This document shows positions 1 to 10,054 of a stretch of DNA of 64,000 bases, piece by piece. The stretch spans positions 72,043-136,042 of the forward strand of contig CACJPL010000001.1 of NCBI GenBank assembly GCA_902595285.1, in the 5' to 3' direction. The stretch comes from an uncultured Pelagibacteraceae bacterium (GTDB lineage Bacteria > Pseudomonadota > Alphaproteobacteria > Pelagibacterales > Pelagibacteraceae). Made by a program: the position numbers and the translations under genes. The notes under the pieces were generated by a model. It was not told the origin of the DNA, did no database searches, and saw only the letters and a list, made by a program, of their open reading frames with translations. Every line of letters starts with the position of its first letter. The stretch's first letter is position 1.

Positions 1-371
1 CTTAAATCTTTTAAAACTTTCTCAATATGTTTTGCGTCAGGTTTCTTTCCGTACAAACCTCTAGAATAGGAAACGTTGTTAAATACGGTTTCAAATTGTT
101 CCAGAGTAAGCTCTTGTGGAACTAAACCAATTTTCGACCTAGTTTCTCTATAATCATCAACTATATCAAATTCGTCTACTGTAACCTTTCCAGAAGATGG
201 CCTTACTATCCCACAAATAATACTTATTAGAGTTGTTTTTCCTGCGCCATTTGGTCCAAGCATTGCAAAAATTTCACCTTTTTTAATATTAAGATTTATG
301 TTTTTTAATGCTTCAAAACCATTGTCGTATACTTTTGAAAGGTTATTTATGTTTATTTGATCTTTTGACAT
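1..371 (-). CDS. ABC transporter ATP-binding protein (YadG/multidrug-like), truncated by window edge
   Basis: Manual translation from ATG at 371: [27 protein letters not shown]...[13 protein letters not shown] (Walker A)...GLVPQE (Q-loop). Confidence 0.9.
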   Translation of the reverse strand, partial: MSKDQININNLSKVYDNGFEALKNINLNIKKGEIFAMLGPNGAGKTTLISIICGIVRPSSGKVTVDEFDIVDDYRETRSKIGLVPQELTLEQFETVFNNVSYSRGLYGKKPDAKHIEKVLKDL

Positions 372-438
372 TTAGATAAGCATATATAGAGACAATTTAT
401 GGCATTACAATAAATTTTAATATTCCTAATATCCAACA

Positions 439-807
439 ATGAAAAAATTTTTAATATTTATCTGTTTTGTATTAACATTTAGCACCAAAGCAATTGGAAA
501 AGAAACTACTTACAATAAAGAATTGTTCGATAAAGCTCTATCACAGGGAAAAGTTGTTGTGGTAAGTTCTTGGATCAAATATTGCTCATCATGTGCAGGT
601 CAAATGGAAGTGTTAAAAAAAGCAAAAAAAGATTTTGATAATATGGAATACTTTGCTTTTGATGTAACAAATAAAGAAATTGCTAAATTTTTTAATGTTC
701 AATATCAAACAACACTTTTAATTTTTAAAGATAATAAAGAAGTTTACAGAAGTATTGGTGAGACCACCAAAGAACTTATTTATGAAGCTTTAAAGTCCTC
801 TATCTAA
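439..807 (+). CDS. Exported thioredoxin-family protein
   Basis: Signal peptide, CSSC CxxC motif, VQYQTTLLIFKD thioredoxin-like strand. Confidence 0.75.
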   Translation: MKKFLIFICFVLTFSTKAIGKETTYNKELFDKALSQGKVVVVSSWIKYCSSCAGQMEVLKKAKKDFDNMEYFAFDVTNKEIAKFFNVQYQTTLLIFKDNKEVYRSIGETTKELIYEALKSSI

Positions 808-2239
808 ATTTAATTTTCAAAATTATTGCAGGCAAGAAAGTTGCAATCAAAAAAGATAAAAATAATAAAGATTGAGCTATAAAAGGTGAAAATAATTCTT
901 GAGGAAAAATTACTCCTACTAATAAACTTTTGGAAAAATCTGGAAATGGAAAAAGTAAAAATCCAGCAACTAGACCAATTATAATTGAAAAATAAGCGGT
1001 ATTTTCATTTACTTTATTATAGAAACTATAAAAAACAGTCACTACAAATGCACAACAAAATAAATCTGCAAGTAAGAATAAATATAAAATATCAAATCCT
1101 TTTGAAGCAACACCAAAAGCAATTACAGACAAGATTAAAATGAAATATTTAGATATTTTTAAATAATTAGTTTTTTTATCTAAGTTAAAAGTTGCTTTAC
1201 CATCAACTACAAACAAACTAGAAATAGCATTAACCAAAGTATCAACGGTCGAAATTGTTAATGCAAGACCAAGAATAACGATCAATAAGGACAAAATTTC
1301 TGTTTGATCTTTTAATAATAAACTAAAAAATCCTAAATCAGGTCTAACAGATGGATCCATTGAAAATGAAACCATTCCGATAAAACCCATTAAGAAAACT
1401 ATTGGAACAATAATAAAGAAAGAAATTAACAAACCACATTTTAATGTTTGATAATCTTTTGCCGCATATACTCTTTGCCAATTTCCTTGATGAAATAAAT
1501 TGGTTGCTGCAACTGCAATAAAAAAAGTTAATCCAGCGGTGTATCCTGGAATATATTTTGAACTTAATAATTGAGGATTTTTCTCATTAATTATAGAAAA
1601 AGAAAAATTATTTCCTGAAGAGGAACTAATAATCGAAATCAAAATAAATAACAAAACACCAATTACAATCATTTGAATATTATCAGTAAATATTGATGCT
1701 CTTAATCCCCCATAAAGAGTATAGCTTAAAGTAGCTACCAGAACTATTAATGCTGTAATCCATAATTCTGTTCCAGATATATAATTGATTAATACAGCAA
1801 CCGCCGTTACTTCTGCACAAAGAAAAATGAACATATAAAAGATTGTCATTAACAAAATTAACTTAAATAGACTTTTGCCAAATTTCTTTCTCATAAACTC
1901 AACTAGAGAAGATCCTTTTGGAAACTCATTTCTAATTTTTTTTCCAAAATAAATTAAGAAAATCATTGGAAAAGCTGTGCCTAATGCATATCCAATAACT
2001 GCGCCTACTCCGCCCCATGTTGCAGCCGCAACTGGACCAAATAAAATCCAGGCTCCTAAAGCTGATGCCATAAGACTTGTGGTAAGTGAAAATAAACCAA
2101 TGTTTCTATTTGCGGTTAAATAATTATTAATTCCTTTAAATTTTTTAGAATGAAGAATTCCTAAAATAGCAAATATTAAACTAATTACGATTACTAATAT
2201 TGATGATGTTGATTGAGTTAAAAAATATGTTTTATACAT
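800..2239 (-). CDS. thiV: Sodium:solute symporter, ThiV-like (thiamin/HMP precursor uptake)
   Basis: Polytopic SSS protein (YTLYGGLRASIFTD, WQRVYAAK), directly preceded by a TPP-type riboswitch as for SAR11 thiV. Confidence 0.8.
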   Translation of the reverse strand: MYKTYFLTQSTSSILVIVISLIFAILGILHSKKFKGINNYLTANRNIGLFSLTTSLMASALGAWILFGPVAAATWGGVGAVIGYALGTAFPMIFLIYFGKKIRNEFPKGSSLVEFMRKKFGKSLFKLILLMTIFYMFIFLCAEVTAVAVLINYISGTELWITALIVLVATLSYTLYGGLRASIFTDNIQMIVIGVLLFILISIISSSSGNNFSFSIINEKNPQLLSSKYIPGYTAGLTFFIAVAATNLFHQGNWQRVYAAKDYQTLKCGLLISFFIIVPIVFLMGFIGMVSFSMDPSVRPDLGFFSLLLKDQTEILSLLIVILGLALTISTVDTLVNAISSLFVVDGKATFNLDKKTNYLKISKYFILILSVIAFGVASKGFDILYLFLLADLFCCAFVVTVFYSFYNKVNENTAYFSIIIGLVAGFLLFPFPDFSKSLLVGVIFPQELFSPFIAQSLLFLSFLIATFLPAIILKIKFR

Positions 2240-2242
2240 TTT

Positions 2243-2310
2243 ATCCCTTTCTGAATTACCGGACAGGTTCTTAGGGTATGATCTCAGTCTGTTAAGACAC
2301 CCCTTTAATA
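2243..2310 (-). ncRNA. TPP (THI-box) riboswitch, variant
   Basis: Minus strand reads GGGGTGTC-TTAACA-GACTGAGATCATACCCT-AAGAACCTG-TCCGGTAATTCAG-AAAGGGATAAAATG. GGGG/ACCC P2, CUGAGA pyrimidine box and CCUG..AGGGA are present, and the 3' end overlaps the SD of thiV. Confidence 0.85.
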
Positions 2311-2318
2311 ATCTTTAT

Positions 2319-2324
2319 ATTATA
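2319..2324 (-). promoter_or_regulatory. Putative -10 box for the riboswitch/thiV transcript
   Basis: TATAAT on the minus strand a few nt upstream of the aptamer 5' end. The AT-rich background weakens the signal. Confidence 0.4.
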
Positions 2325-2364
2325 TTAATCGATATAGCTAGTAATTTAAATTTTATTTAAAAAA

Positions 2365-2658
2365 TTATTTTTGACTCTTGTGATTCAGTATTTCAATCAT
2401 GCATTTAGTGGCGTACTCTCTCCACTCAGATGAGGTTTTGTTCTTTAAGTTATTTAGATGATTTCTATTACTTTGAATATCATCTTTATGTTTAATGTAA
2501 TCAGCTCTATTTAATTTTTTCTCCATTTCAGACAAATTTGTTTCCATTGCTTTTATCCATTCTTTACCAAGCTCAATACATTTTTGATCATCTTTTTCAT
2601 CACAAATTTGTTTAAAAAAATTAAAAACAACCTCATCAGTATTTACTGAGGTGTTCAT
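2365..2658 (-). CDS. Hypothetical helical protein
   Basis: 97 aa ORF in tandem with its neighbours; no recognised motif. Confidence 0.7.
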   Translation of the reverse strand: MNTSVNTDEVVFNFFKQICDEKDDQKCIELGKEWIKAMETNLSEMEKKLNRADYIKHKDDIQSNRNHLNNLKNKTSSEWREYATKCMIEILNHKSQK

Positions 2659-2661
2659 TAA

Positions 2662-3171
2662 TTATTGTTTACAAGTACCAATTGACTCTGGACCACACTT
2701 TTGACCATTAGTCCAAGTAGCTCCAGTTAAATTAGCACCATCAAAATTAGCATTAGTAATATTAGAAGATGTAAAGTTGGCTTCCATTAAATTAGAGTTT
2801 TGAAAATTTGCTTCGATTAAAGTTGCTCCCATAAAATCAACTCTAGTTAGGTTTGCTCCAGTAAAGTTAGTTTTTTCAAAATTTGCACCAATTGAAACAG
2901 ACTCATATAGATTAGCTCTTACAAATGTAGATTCTGGAAACGTACCAAATGATAGATTTGATGTCATCATAATGCTTTTATCAAAATTCACTTGAATAAA
3001 ACTTGCAAAAGAAAGATTTGAATTTGGAAGATAACTTCCTTGTAAGTCTTGAGAATCTGAAAATCTACAATTAGAATAATCTACACCTTCTGTTAAAGGA
3101 TCATCACATGCAGCATTTGAATTTGTAAAAAATAACAAACTAAATAAAGCAAGTAAGATTATTTTTTTCAT
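2662..3171 (-). CDS. Secreted pentapeptide-repeat protein
   Basis: Signal peptide from ATG 3171 (MKKIILLALF); repeated A(N/D)(L/F)xx units such as ANFEK, ANLTR, ANFQN, ANFDG. Confidence 0.85.
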   Translation of the reverse strand: MKKIILLALFSLLFFTNSNAACDDPLTEGVDYSNCRFSDSQDLQGSYLPNSNLSFASFIQVNFDKSIMMTSNLSFGTFPESTFVRANLYESVSIGANFEKTNFTGANLTRVDFMGATLIEANFQNSNLMEANFTSSNITNANFDGANLTGATWTNGQKCGPESIGTCKQ

Positions 3172-3275
3172 AAGCAAAGTTAGCAAAAAAAATATGTCAA
3201 AACAATGAAGGTTTAAAATTTAATTATAATTTAACAATGTAATTTAATGATATTTTGCAGTATAAAAATCAACTT

Positions 3276-4340
3276 ATGAAAGAATATAATATTGCTTCAA
3301 TAGCTGGAGACGGAATAGGTAAAGAGGTATTACCTGAGGGCTTAAAAGTTTTAAAAGACGCCGCTTTAAAACATCAATTTAAACTAAATTTTACTGAATA
3401 TGATTTTGCTTCATGTGATTATTATGAGAAACATGGAAAAATGCTTCCTGATGATTGGAAAGAAAAATTAGTAAAACATGATGCTATATTTTTTGGAGCA
3501 GTCGGTATGCCAGACAGAGTTCCAGATCATATTTCTCTATGGGGTTCCTTGCTTCAATTTCGAAGAGAGTTTGATCAATATATTAATCTTAGACCTGTAA
3601 AACTTTTCCCAGGTGTTAACCCTCCTTTGGCCAATAAAAAACCTGGCGATATAGACATGTTGATAGTTAGAGAAAACACTGAGGGAGAATATTCTACTGT
3701 GGGCGGAAGAATGTATAAAAATACCAATAGAGAAATTGCAATTCAAGAAACTATCATGTCGGCACATGGAATAGACAGAGTTCAAAAGTTTGCATTTGAA
3801 TTAGCAAAACAACGAAAAAGAAAAAAATTAACAAATGCAACAAAATCAAATGGAATCTCAATTACTATGCCTTTTTGGGATGAACGTTTTAATGAAATGA
3901 AAAAAAATTATCCTGAAATTGAAACAGACCAATTTCATATTGATATTTTAGTTGCTAGATTTGTACTCAATCCAGAATGGTTTGATGTTGTAGTAGCATC
4001 AAATTTATTTGGAGATATTCTTTCAGACTTAGGACCTGCTTGCACTGGTACAATTGGAATTGCTCCCTCAGGAAATATTAATCCTGAAAATAAATTTCCA
4101 TCTTTATTTGAGCCAGTTCATGGTTCTGCTCCTGATATTGCGGGTAAAGGAATTGCAAATCCTGTAGGGCAAATTTGGTCTGGAGCAATGATGCTAGATT
4201 ATTTAGGAGAAAAAGAAGCTTCGAATTCAATAGTTGAAGCAATTGAAAAATCTTTAAGTGATAAAAGTAACAGAACTAAAGATTTAGGTGGTGATGCTGA
4301 TACTGTTAAATCTTCTAATTCGATTTTAGCTAATCTTTAA
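3276..4340 (+). CDS. ttuC: Tartrate dehydrogenase/decarboxylase or D-malate dehydrogenase (IPMDH/IDH family)
   Basis: IAGDGIGKEV, VPDHISLWGSLLQFRREFDQYINLRP, TKSNGISITMP, FEPVHGSAPDIAG. Likely ATG at 3276. Confidence 0.85.
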   Translation: MKEYNIASIAGDGIGKEVLPEGLKVLKDAALKHQFKLNFTEYDFASCDYYEKHGKMLPDDWKEKLVKHDAIFFGAVGMPDRVPDHISLWGSLLQFRREFDQYINLRPVKLFPGVNPPLANKKPGDIDMLIVRENTEGEYSTVGGRMYKNTNREIAIQETIMSAHGIDRVQKFAFELAKQRKRKKLTNATKSNGISITMPFWDERFNEMKKNYPEIETDQFHIDILVARFVLNPEWFDVVVASNLFGDILSDLGPACTGTIGIAPSGNINPENKFPSLFEPVHGSAPDIAGKGIANPVGQIWSGAMMLDYLGEKEASNSIVEAIEKSLSDKSNRTKDLGGDADTVKSSNSILANL

Positions 4341-5374
4341 ATTTTAATTTTCTTTCCAGTTTTTGCACTTTTTGTTATTGCAGCAAAAATTTTAAGAGAT
4401 ATTAAACCGTCATTTCCATTTACTTTTGGTTTAGCTTTTTTTGCGACAACATCAGCAAAATGATCAATTTGATTTACTAATGTATTGTCATCTTTTTTAT
4501 TTTTATCTTCATTAACATAGATCTTGTTCCACCAGCTTCTTTCTTTTTTATAAAACCAATATTTAAGATTGGGAAACTGCAAAGAACCTTTAGTACCTCC
4601 AATCATATAAGCAGATTGGTTGGTAATTGGGTATGCAGGATTTTCTCCAGCAGTTAATTCATAACTCCACGGTGCAACAATTGTATCTGACAAATTAAGT
4701 GTACAAAGCGCTCCTGAATTAAAGATCAAGCTTATTGTAGCTGTATCCTCTACTTGAAATTTTCTTGTTTTATTAGTTGTAAATGCTTGAACATATTTTA
4801 TTGAACCTAACAAATAACAAATCATATCAATATCGTGCACTAAATTGATACCTAAAGGCCCGCCACCTTTACTAACTCTCCATTTTTCTTTGTAATAAGC
4901 TTTATGTTTATATAGCCAGCATAAAACGTTTGCAGAAACGATGTTACCCAATTTACCTTTCTTAATAACATCTTTTACCTTTGAGACTATTGAATTGTGT
5001 CTACGATGATATCCAATCAGTAATGGAGTTTTATTCTTATTAGAACTGCTTATTATTTTTTTTGCAGAATGAATATTATCTGAAATAGGTTTTTCTAACA
5101 GCACAGGTATTTTGTTTTTTAAAAAACTTACGGTATGTTTTTCATGCAATTGATTTGGGGTAGCAACTATAACAGCATCAAGTTTTTTTGAATTTAAAAG
5201 CTCTGATACATTAGAATATAATGGGATTTTATATTTTTTTGATAAATTTTTAGCGTTATTACTAATGTCTACTATTGAATGAAGATTTGCTTTCTTTGAT
5301 TTTTGAATGGCTTTAATGTGTTGTAAGCCCATTAAACCTGTTCCAACTATAGAGATATTAATTTTTTTATTCAT
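4337..5374 (-). CDS. Gfo/Idh/MocA NAD(P)-dependent oxidoreductase
   Basis: GTGLMG, LEKPIS, INLVHDID, WSYELTAGENPAYP. Confidence 0.85.
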   Translation of the reverse strand: MNKKINISIVGTGLMGLQHIKAIQKSKKANLHSIVDISNNAKNLSKKYKIPLYSNVSELLNSKKLDAVIVATPNQLHEKHTVSFLKNKIPVLLEKPISDNIHSAKKIISSSNKNKTPLLIGYHRRHNSIVSKVKDVIKKGKLGNIVSANVLCWLYKHKAYYKEKWRVSKGGGPLGINLVHDIDMICYLLGSIKYVQAFTTNKTRKFQVEDTATISLIFNSGALCTLNLSDTIVAPWSYELTAGENPAYPITNQSAYMIGGTKGSLQFPNLKYWFYKKERSWWNKIYVNEDKNKKDDNTLVNQIDHFADVVAKKAKPKVNGNDGLISLKIFAAITKSAKTGKKIKI

Positions 5375-5377
5375 AAA

Positions 5378-6346
5378 TTAATTAATTTTAATTTTTGTAA
5401 AGCATGTATACCTTTTATTAGGTTTAATTAAAGTACTTGGAAAATTTTTTTTATTAGGCGCATCAGGAAAGTATTGAGTTTCTAAACAAATTCCTTGGTA
5501 AGGAAATAATTTTTTTTTGTAATTCAAATTTTGTGCAGAATAAAGTTGAACACCTGGTAGATTTGAAAAAAAATCAACTTTAATATTAGTATTATTATTT
5601 TTTAAAGTTCCAACTAAATTTCTAGTATTTTTTTTTATAACAAATGTAGTGTCAAAACCTTTAAATTTAATATTAAGCTTTTTATTTTTAAAAAATTCTA
5701 ATTTTTTTCTAATGTTTTTAAAATTTGAAAAATCGTAAATTGATTTTTTTACATTTTTAAATCTACCAGTTGGTATTAAATTTTTATTTATTTGAAGGTA
5801 TTTAGATGAGTTTAATCTTAGCTCATGATTATAAATCATATTTTTTTTATTTTTTTCTAAGTTCCAATAACTATGATTAGTTAAATTAACATGGGTGCTT
5901 TTATTGGATTTGTATTCATATTTTATAAATAAATATTTATTTATTAATTGATAAGTACAATTGACAACAAGATCTCCTGGAAAGCCTTGATCGTCATTTG
6001 CTGAATGAAGTTGATATACTATTTTATCTTTTGTTTGATTTAATTTTTTCCATGGGAGAATTGAGAAACCAACTTTACCACCATGCAGTATATTTTTTCC
6101 CTCATTTCCATTTAAATAAAATTTTTCATTACCTATCTTAAATTTTGCATTGGAAATTCTACCCGCATATCTTCCACAAGTAGATCCAACACTTGGATGT
6201 TTATACCGATAGTTTTGTTTTGACCCTAAGTTTAAAATTAAATTTATTTTCTTTTTCTTGTGATAAACTTCAAAAAGACTGGCGCCGTAATTAAGAGTTT
6301 GAACTCTTAGAAATTTATTTTGAATTGTAGAACTTTCAACTTTCAC
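5378..6346 (-). CDS. galM: Aldose 1-epimerase (mutarotase)
   Basis: GRYAGRI, LHGG, GFPG, NLTNHSYWNL, GICLETQYFPD motifs. Confidence 0.9.
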   Translation of the reverse strand: MKVESSTIQNKFLRVQTLNYGASLFEVYHKKKKINLILNLGSKQNYRYKHPSVGSTCGRYAGRISNAKFKIGNEKFYLNGNEGKNILHGGKVGFSILPWKKLNQTKDKIVYQLHSANDDQGFPGDLVVNCTYQLINKYLFIKYEYKSNKSTHVNLTNHSYWNLEKNKKNMIYNHELRLNSSKYLQINKNLIPTGRFKNVKKSIYDFSNFKNIRKKLEFFKNKKLNIKFKGFDTTFVIKKNTRNLVGTLKNNNTNIKVDFFSNLPGVQLYSAQNLNYKKKLFPYQGICLETQYFPDAPNKKNFPSTLIKPNKRYTCFTKIKIN

Positions 6347-6351
6347 CTAGA

Positions 6352-7113
6352 TCAAGTTATGCCACCATCAACAATAAAGCTTTGTTTTGTACATCCAGAT
6401 GATTGATCTGATGCTAAAAACATTACCATTTGAGCAACATCATTAGGTTTTAATTGTCTTTTTAAAGCCTGACTGTCTAAAATAAGCTTTTTATACTTTG
6501 GTGTTAACCAATGTTTTATTTGTCTTTCAGTAGCTATAGATCCAGGGACTACTGAATTGGTTCTGATATTATACTTTCCATATTCTTGTGCAAAAGATCT
6601 TGTTAAACCTACTACTGCAGATTTTGCAGTTTCATAAACAACTTTATCACCTTCACCTAGCATCCAAGAAACTGAACTTAAATTTACAATTGAGCCAGCT
6701 TTCATTTTTTTCATAGATTTAACCACAGCTTTAGCTGCAAAAAAATAGTGCTTTAAGTTAATTGCCATTCTATTTTCCCAATATTTTTCATCTACCTGAT
6801 CTGTTGTGTGTCTATCATCATTGGCGGCGTTATTAATTAAAGCATGTATTGGACCTTTTTTTGCAATAATATTTTTGATTGTTTTTTCTAGTTTATTGAT
6901 ATCTAACAAATTACATTCAATGAATGTTGGTATTCTAAATTTATTTTTCTTAATTTTGTTTAAAAGTTTTTTTGTTTCTTTTAGATCAATATCTACAAAA
7001 TAAACTTCGCTTCCTTGCTCACAAAAATGCTCAACGATTGATGCTCCAATTCCTGAACCTCCGCCAGTTATAAATATTCTTTTTTTTTTTAAATCTGAAT
7101 ATTTTACTTTCAT
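6352..7113 (-). CDS. SDR aldose 1-dehydrogenase (xylose dehydrogenase XylB-like subfamily)
   Basis: TGGGSGIG, NNAANDDRH, YETAK, TERQ..W. Likely ATG at 7113. Confidence 0.8.
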   Translation of the reverse strand: MKVKYSDLKKKRIFITGGGSGIGASIVEHFCEQGSEVYFVDIDLKETKKLLNKIKKNKFRIPTFIECNLLDINKLEKTIKNIIAKKGPIHALINNAANDDRHTTDQVDEKYWENRMAINLKHYFFAAKAVVKSMKKMKAGSIVNLSSVSWMLGEGDKVVYETAKSAVVGLTRSFAQEYGKYNIRTNSVVPGSIATERQIKHWLTPKYKKLILDSQALKRQLKPNDVAQMVMFLASDQSSGCTKQSFIVDGGIT

Positions 7114-7114
7114 A

Positions 7115-8209
7115 TTATATTCTTTCCTCTGTTTGAGCGTCAAATAAAGATACTTGTGTTAAATCAAAGTATAATTTTGTTTCTTTCCCCAGATCTATTT
7201 TAATTGTAGATGGAAATTTAGCCAAAACTTCTTGATTTGCATAATCAAAAGTCATTATTTGCTCATGACCTATGTACTCACTAAGATCTGCTCTTAAATT
7301 AATTTCAAAATCACTTTCATTAAATTTTTTAAAGAAAATATGTTCTGGTCTAATACCAAAGAAAACTTCCTTATTATTTAAATTTGATTTATCTTTAAAA
7401 TCATAATCTTTTATTGGAATTTCTAAATTTGATCCACTTACTGTAAATAATAAGTCTCCTGAATTTTCTTTTAAGTTTCCCTTAATAAGATTCATTGATG
7501 GAGATCCAATAAAGTCTGCAACAAAAGTATTGCTTGGCTTATTATAAATCTTTTCAGGAGTATCATTTTGTTGAATTACTCCATGGTTCATAATTGCAAT
7601 GTTAGTACCCAAACTCATTGCCTCTGTTTGATCATGGGTCACATAAACAACTGTTGTTTTTAGCTGTTGATGTAGTTTTTTTATTTCTCTCCTCATTTCG
7701 ACCCGTAGCTTTGCATCTAAGTTAGATAAAGGTTCGTCAAACAAAAATATTCTTGGCTCCCTTACGAGAGCTCTACCAATAGCAACACGTTGTCGTTGTC
7801 CTCCAGATAATTGCGAAGGTTTTCTTTCTAACAATTGATCTACCTGTAGAAATTTTGAGACTTTTTCTAACTGTTTTTGTATTTTTTCCTTTGATGTTTT
7901 TGCCTGTTTAAGACCAAAAATCATATTCTCCTTAACATTCATAGATGGATAAAGAGCGTAAGATTGAAAAACCATAGCAATATTACGGTCTTTTGGCTCT
8001 ACTTTGCTAACATTATAATCATCAATAAAAACATCGCCTTCATTAATCGTTTCTAATCCTGCAATTATATTTAATAAAGTTGATTTTCCACATCCAGATG
8101 GTCCTAAAAGAACTAGGAAATTTCCTTCATCTATTTCTAAATTAATTTTTTTTAAAACCTCAGTCGATCCAAAGTTTTTTGATAGTTCTTCAATTTTTAA
8201 CGTTTTCAT
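7115..8209 (-). CDS. Sugar ABC transporter ATPase (MalK/GtsD-like)
   Basis: GPSGCGKST, LSGGQRQR, FDEPLSNLD, YVTHDQ. Confidence 0.95.
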   Translation of the reverse strand: MKTLKIEELSKNFGSTEVLKKINLEIDEGNFLVLLGPSGCGKSTLLNIIAGLETINEGDVFIDDYNVSKVEPKDRNIAMVFQSYALYPSMNVKENMIFGLKQAKTSKEKIQKQLEKVSKFLQVDQLLERKPSQLSGGQRQRVAIGRALVREPRIFLFDEPLSNLDAKLRVEMRREIKKLHQQLKTTVVYVTHDQTEAMSLGTNIAIMNHGVIQQNDTPEKIYNKPSNTFVADFIGSPSMNLIKGNLKENSGDLLFTVSGSNLEIPIKDYDFKDKSNLNNKEVFFGIRPEHIFFKKFNESDFEINLRADLSEYIGHEQIMTFDYANQEVLAKFPSTIKIDLGKETKLYFDLTQVSLFDAQTEERI

Positions 8210-8211
8210 TG

Positions 8212-9117
8212 TTATCCTTTCACTGCTCCTGAAGTTAATCCTCTAATAAAATATTTACCTGCCAATACATAAACTATAAGTGTTGGAATGCCGGCTATAA
8301 TAGCTGAAGCCATATCTACATTATATTCTTTCACACTTGTACTTGATAAAACCATATTATTTAATGCAACTTGTATAGGTGCTGCTTCTCCAAATGAGAA
8401 GGTTGATCCAAATAAAAAATCATTCCATATTTGTGTGAATTGCCAAATTACAGTGACGACTATAATTGGTGCTGATATTGGAAGTAAAATTTTGAAAAAT
8501 ATTTTAAAAAACCCAGCTCCATCTATTCTGGCAGCTTTCACTAATTCTGTTGGAACAGAAATATAATAATTTCTAAAAAATAATGTAGTAAAAGGTATTC
8601 CATAAACTGTATGGACTAAAACCAATCCAACTACTGAATTTGAAATTCCTAATACTCCAAGGGTTCTGGCCATTGGTAGCAATATTGCTTGAAAAGGTAT
8701 GAAACATCCAAATAATAAAAAAAGGAAAACCCACTGATCCCCTTTAAATCTCCATTTAGTTAAAACATAACCTGTCATTGCTCCAATAAATGTTGAAAAA
8801 AATACTGCTGGTACAACCATCTTGATTGAATTCCAAAAATATGGTCTTAAAAAAGTATCACCAGCTCCATATCCTCGACCACCCCACGCTACAGCCCAAG
8901 ATTCCAAATTTAATCCGCTTGGCCAAGATAAAAGTGTTCCTTGACGGATCTCTTCCATTGTCTTTAACGAAGTAACAACCATCACGTAAAGTGGAAAAAT
9001 AAAATAAGAAGCAAAAAGAATTAAAATAAAATACAAAAACCATCTCAAAAACATGTTTGTATATTTAGATTTTTGTTCTAATTGCTGATAAGAAGAAGAT
9101 TTCAAACTATCTTGCAT
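8212..9117 (-). CDS. Carbohydrate ABC permease (GtsC-like)
   Basis: TM helices, ELVKAARIDGA EAA loop, FIRGLTSGAVKG C-terminus. Confidence 0.9.
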   Translation of the reverse strand: MQDSLKSSSYQQLEQKSKYTNMFLRWFLYFILILFASYFIFPLYVMVVTSLKTMEEIRQGTLLSWPSGLNLESWAVAWGGRGYGAGDTFLRPYFWNSIKMVVPAVFFSTFIGAMTGYVLTKWRFKGDQWVFLFLLFGCFIPFQAILLPMARTLGVLGISNSVVGLVLVHTVYGIPFTTLFFRNYYISVPTELVKAARIDGAGFFKIFFKILLPISAPIIVVTVIWQFTQIWNDFLFGSTFSFGEAAPIQVALNNMVLSSTSVKEYNVDMASAIIAGIPTLIVYVLAGKYFIRGLTSGAVKG

Positions 9118-9982
9118 TTTCTCTCCTTAATTCTGAATATAAATATGGGATAATTACAGCAGCTACAGCCATAAACATCATCATCGCACTCGCTGCAGAT
9201 AAACCAACCTGGCTTTTATGAAATGCAGTTTGTGTCATATATAAAGCAGGCATAGTTGTTGATATACCTGGTCCACCTTGTGTCAGTGCTACGATAAGAT
9301 CATAACTTTTTATAGATATATGAACTAAAATTACAAAACTTGTAAAAAATACAGGTCTCATCATTGGAAGTAAAATCTTCCAGTAAACAGTAAATAAACT
9401 TGCGCCATCTATTTTTGCTGCCTTAACAATTTCATCTTCTACCGACCTTAATCCAGCTAAAAATAGCGCCATCACAAACCCTGCGGATTGCCAAACACCT
9501 GCGATAACTATGGTATAAATGGCCATCTCCCTATCTACCAGCCAATCAAAGGTAAAGTTCTCAAAACCCCAATCTCTAAACATCTTTTGGATGCCTAAAG
9601 TTGGATTTAATATCCATTTCCAAGCGGTTCCTGTCACGATAAAAGATAGTGCCATTGGATACAAATAAATCGTTCTTAGCAAACCCTCTGCTCTGATTTT
9701 TTGATCTAAAAAAATTGCAAGAATTATCCCTATAACAACACAGAAAATTAAAAATAGTGCTGTAAAAATAAGCAAATTATCCACTGCAATAAGCCATTTT
9801 CTTGATGCCCAAAGTTTTTCATACTGTCCAAATCCCCAAAGTTCATACTTTGGTAGAATTTTAGAATTTGTAAAAGATATATATAAAGTCCAAAGCACAA
9901 ATCCATAAACAAACCAGCCAATCAAACCAACAGCTGGGGCCATTACAATTTTAGGTAAATTTTTTTCTAACCACTTGAACAT
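9107..9982 (-). CDS. Carbohydrate ABC permease (GtsB-like)
   Basis: IYLYPMALSFIVTGTAWKW, IVKAAKIDGA. Confidence 0.9.
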   Translation of the reverse strand: MFKWLEKNLPKIVMAPAVGLIGWFVYGFVLWTLYISFTNSKILPKYELWGFGQYEKLWASRKWLIAVDNLLIFTALFLIFCVVIGIILAIFLDQKIRAEGLLRTIYLYPMALSFIVTGTAWKWILNPTLGIQKMFRDWGFENFTFDWLVDREMAIYTIVIAGVWQSAGFVMALFLAGLRSVEDEIVKAAKIDGASLFTVYWKILLPMMRPVFFTSFVILVHISIKSYDLIVALTQGGPGISTTMPALYMTQTAFHKSQVGLSAASAMMMFMAVAAVIIPYLYSELRRENAR

Positions 9983-10008
9983 TATAAATATTTTTTATTT
10001 TTAGATTT

Positions 10009-10042
10009 AAAAAAAAGGCCACTTTATCAAAAGTGGCCTTTT
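10009..10042 (-). terminator. Intrinsic terminator/attenuator hairpin after the SBP gene
   Basis: Perfect inverted repeat AAAAGGCCACTTT-atca-AAAGTGGCCTTTT with a T-run on the minus strand. Confidence 0.8.
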
Positions 10043-10054
10043 AATTTTTATATA

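Noticed and set aside
2700-3080. 15-nt periodic repeats as a CRISPR or tandem array
   Set aside because: Explained by the pentapeptide-repeat protein; no repeat-spacer structure and no cas genes.
3537-3785. In-register antisense ORFs (also 25002-25208, 54999-55223)
   Set aside because: Short (68-82 codons), cover only part of the host gene and lead to no recognisable protein; treated as the chance background for the Sel1 overlap.
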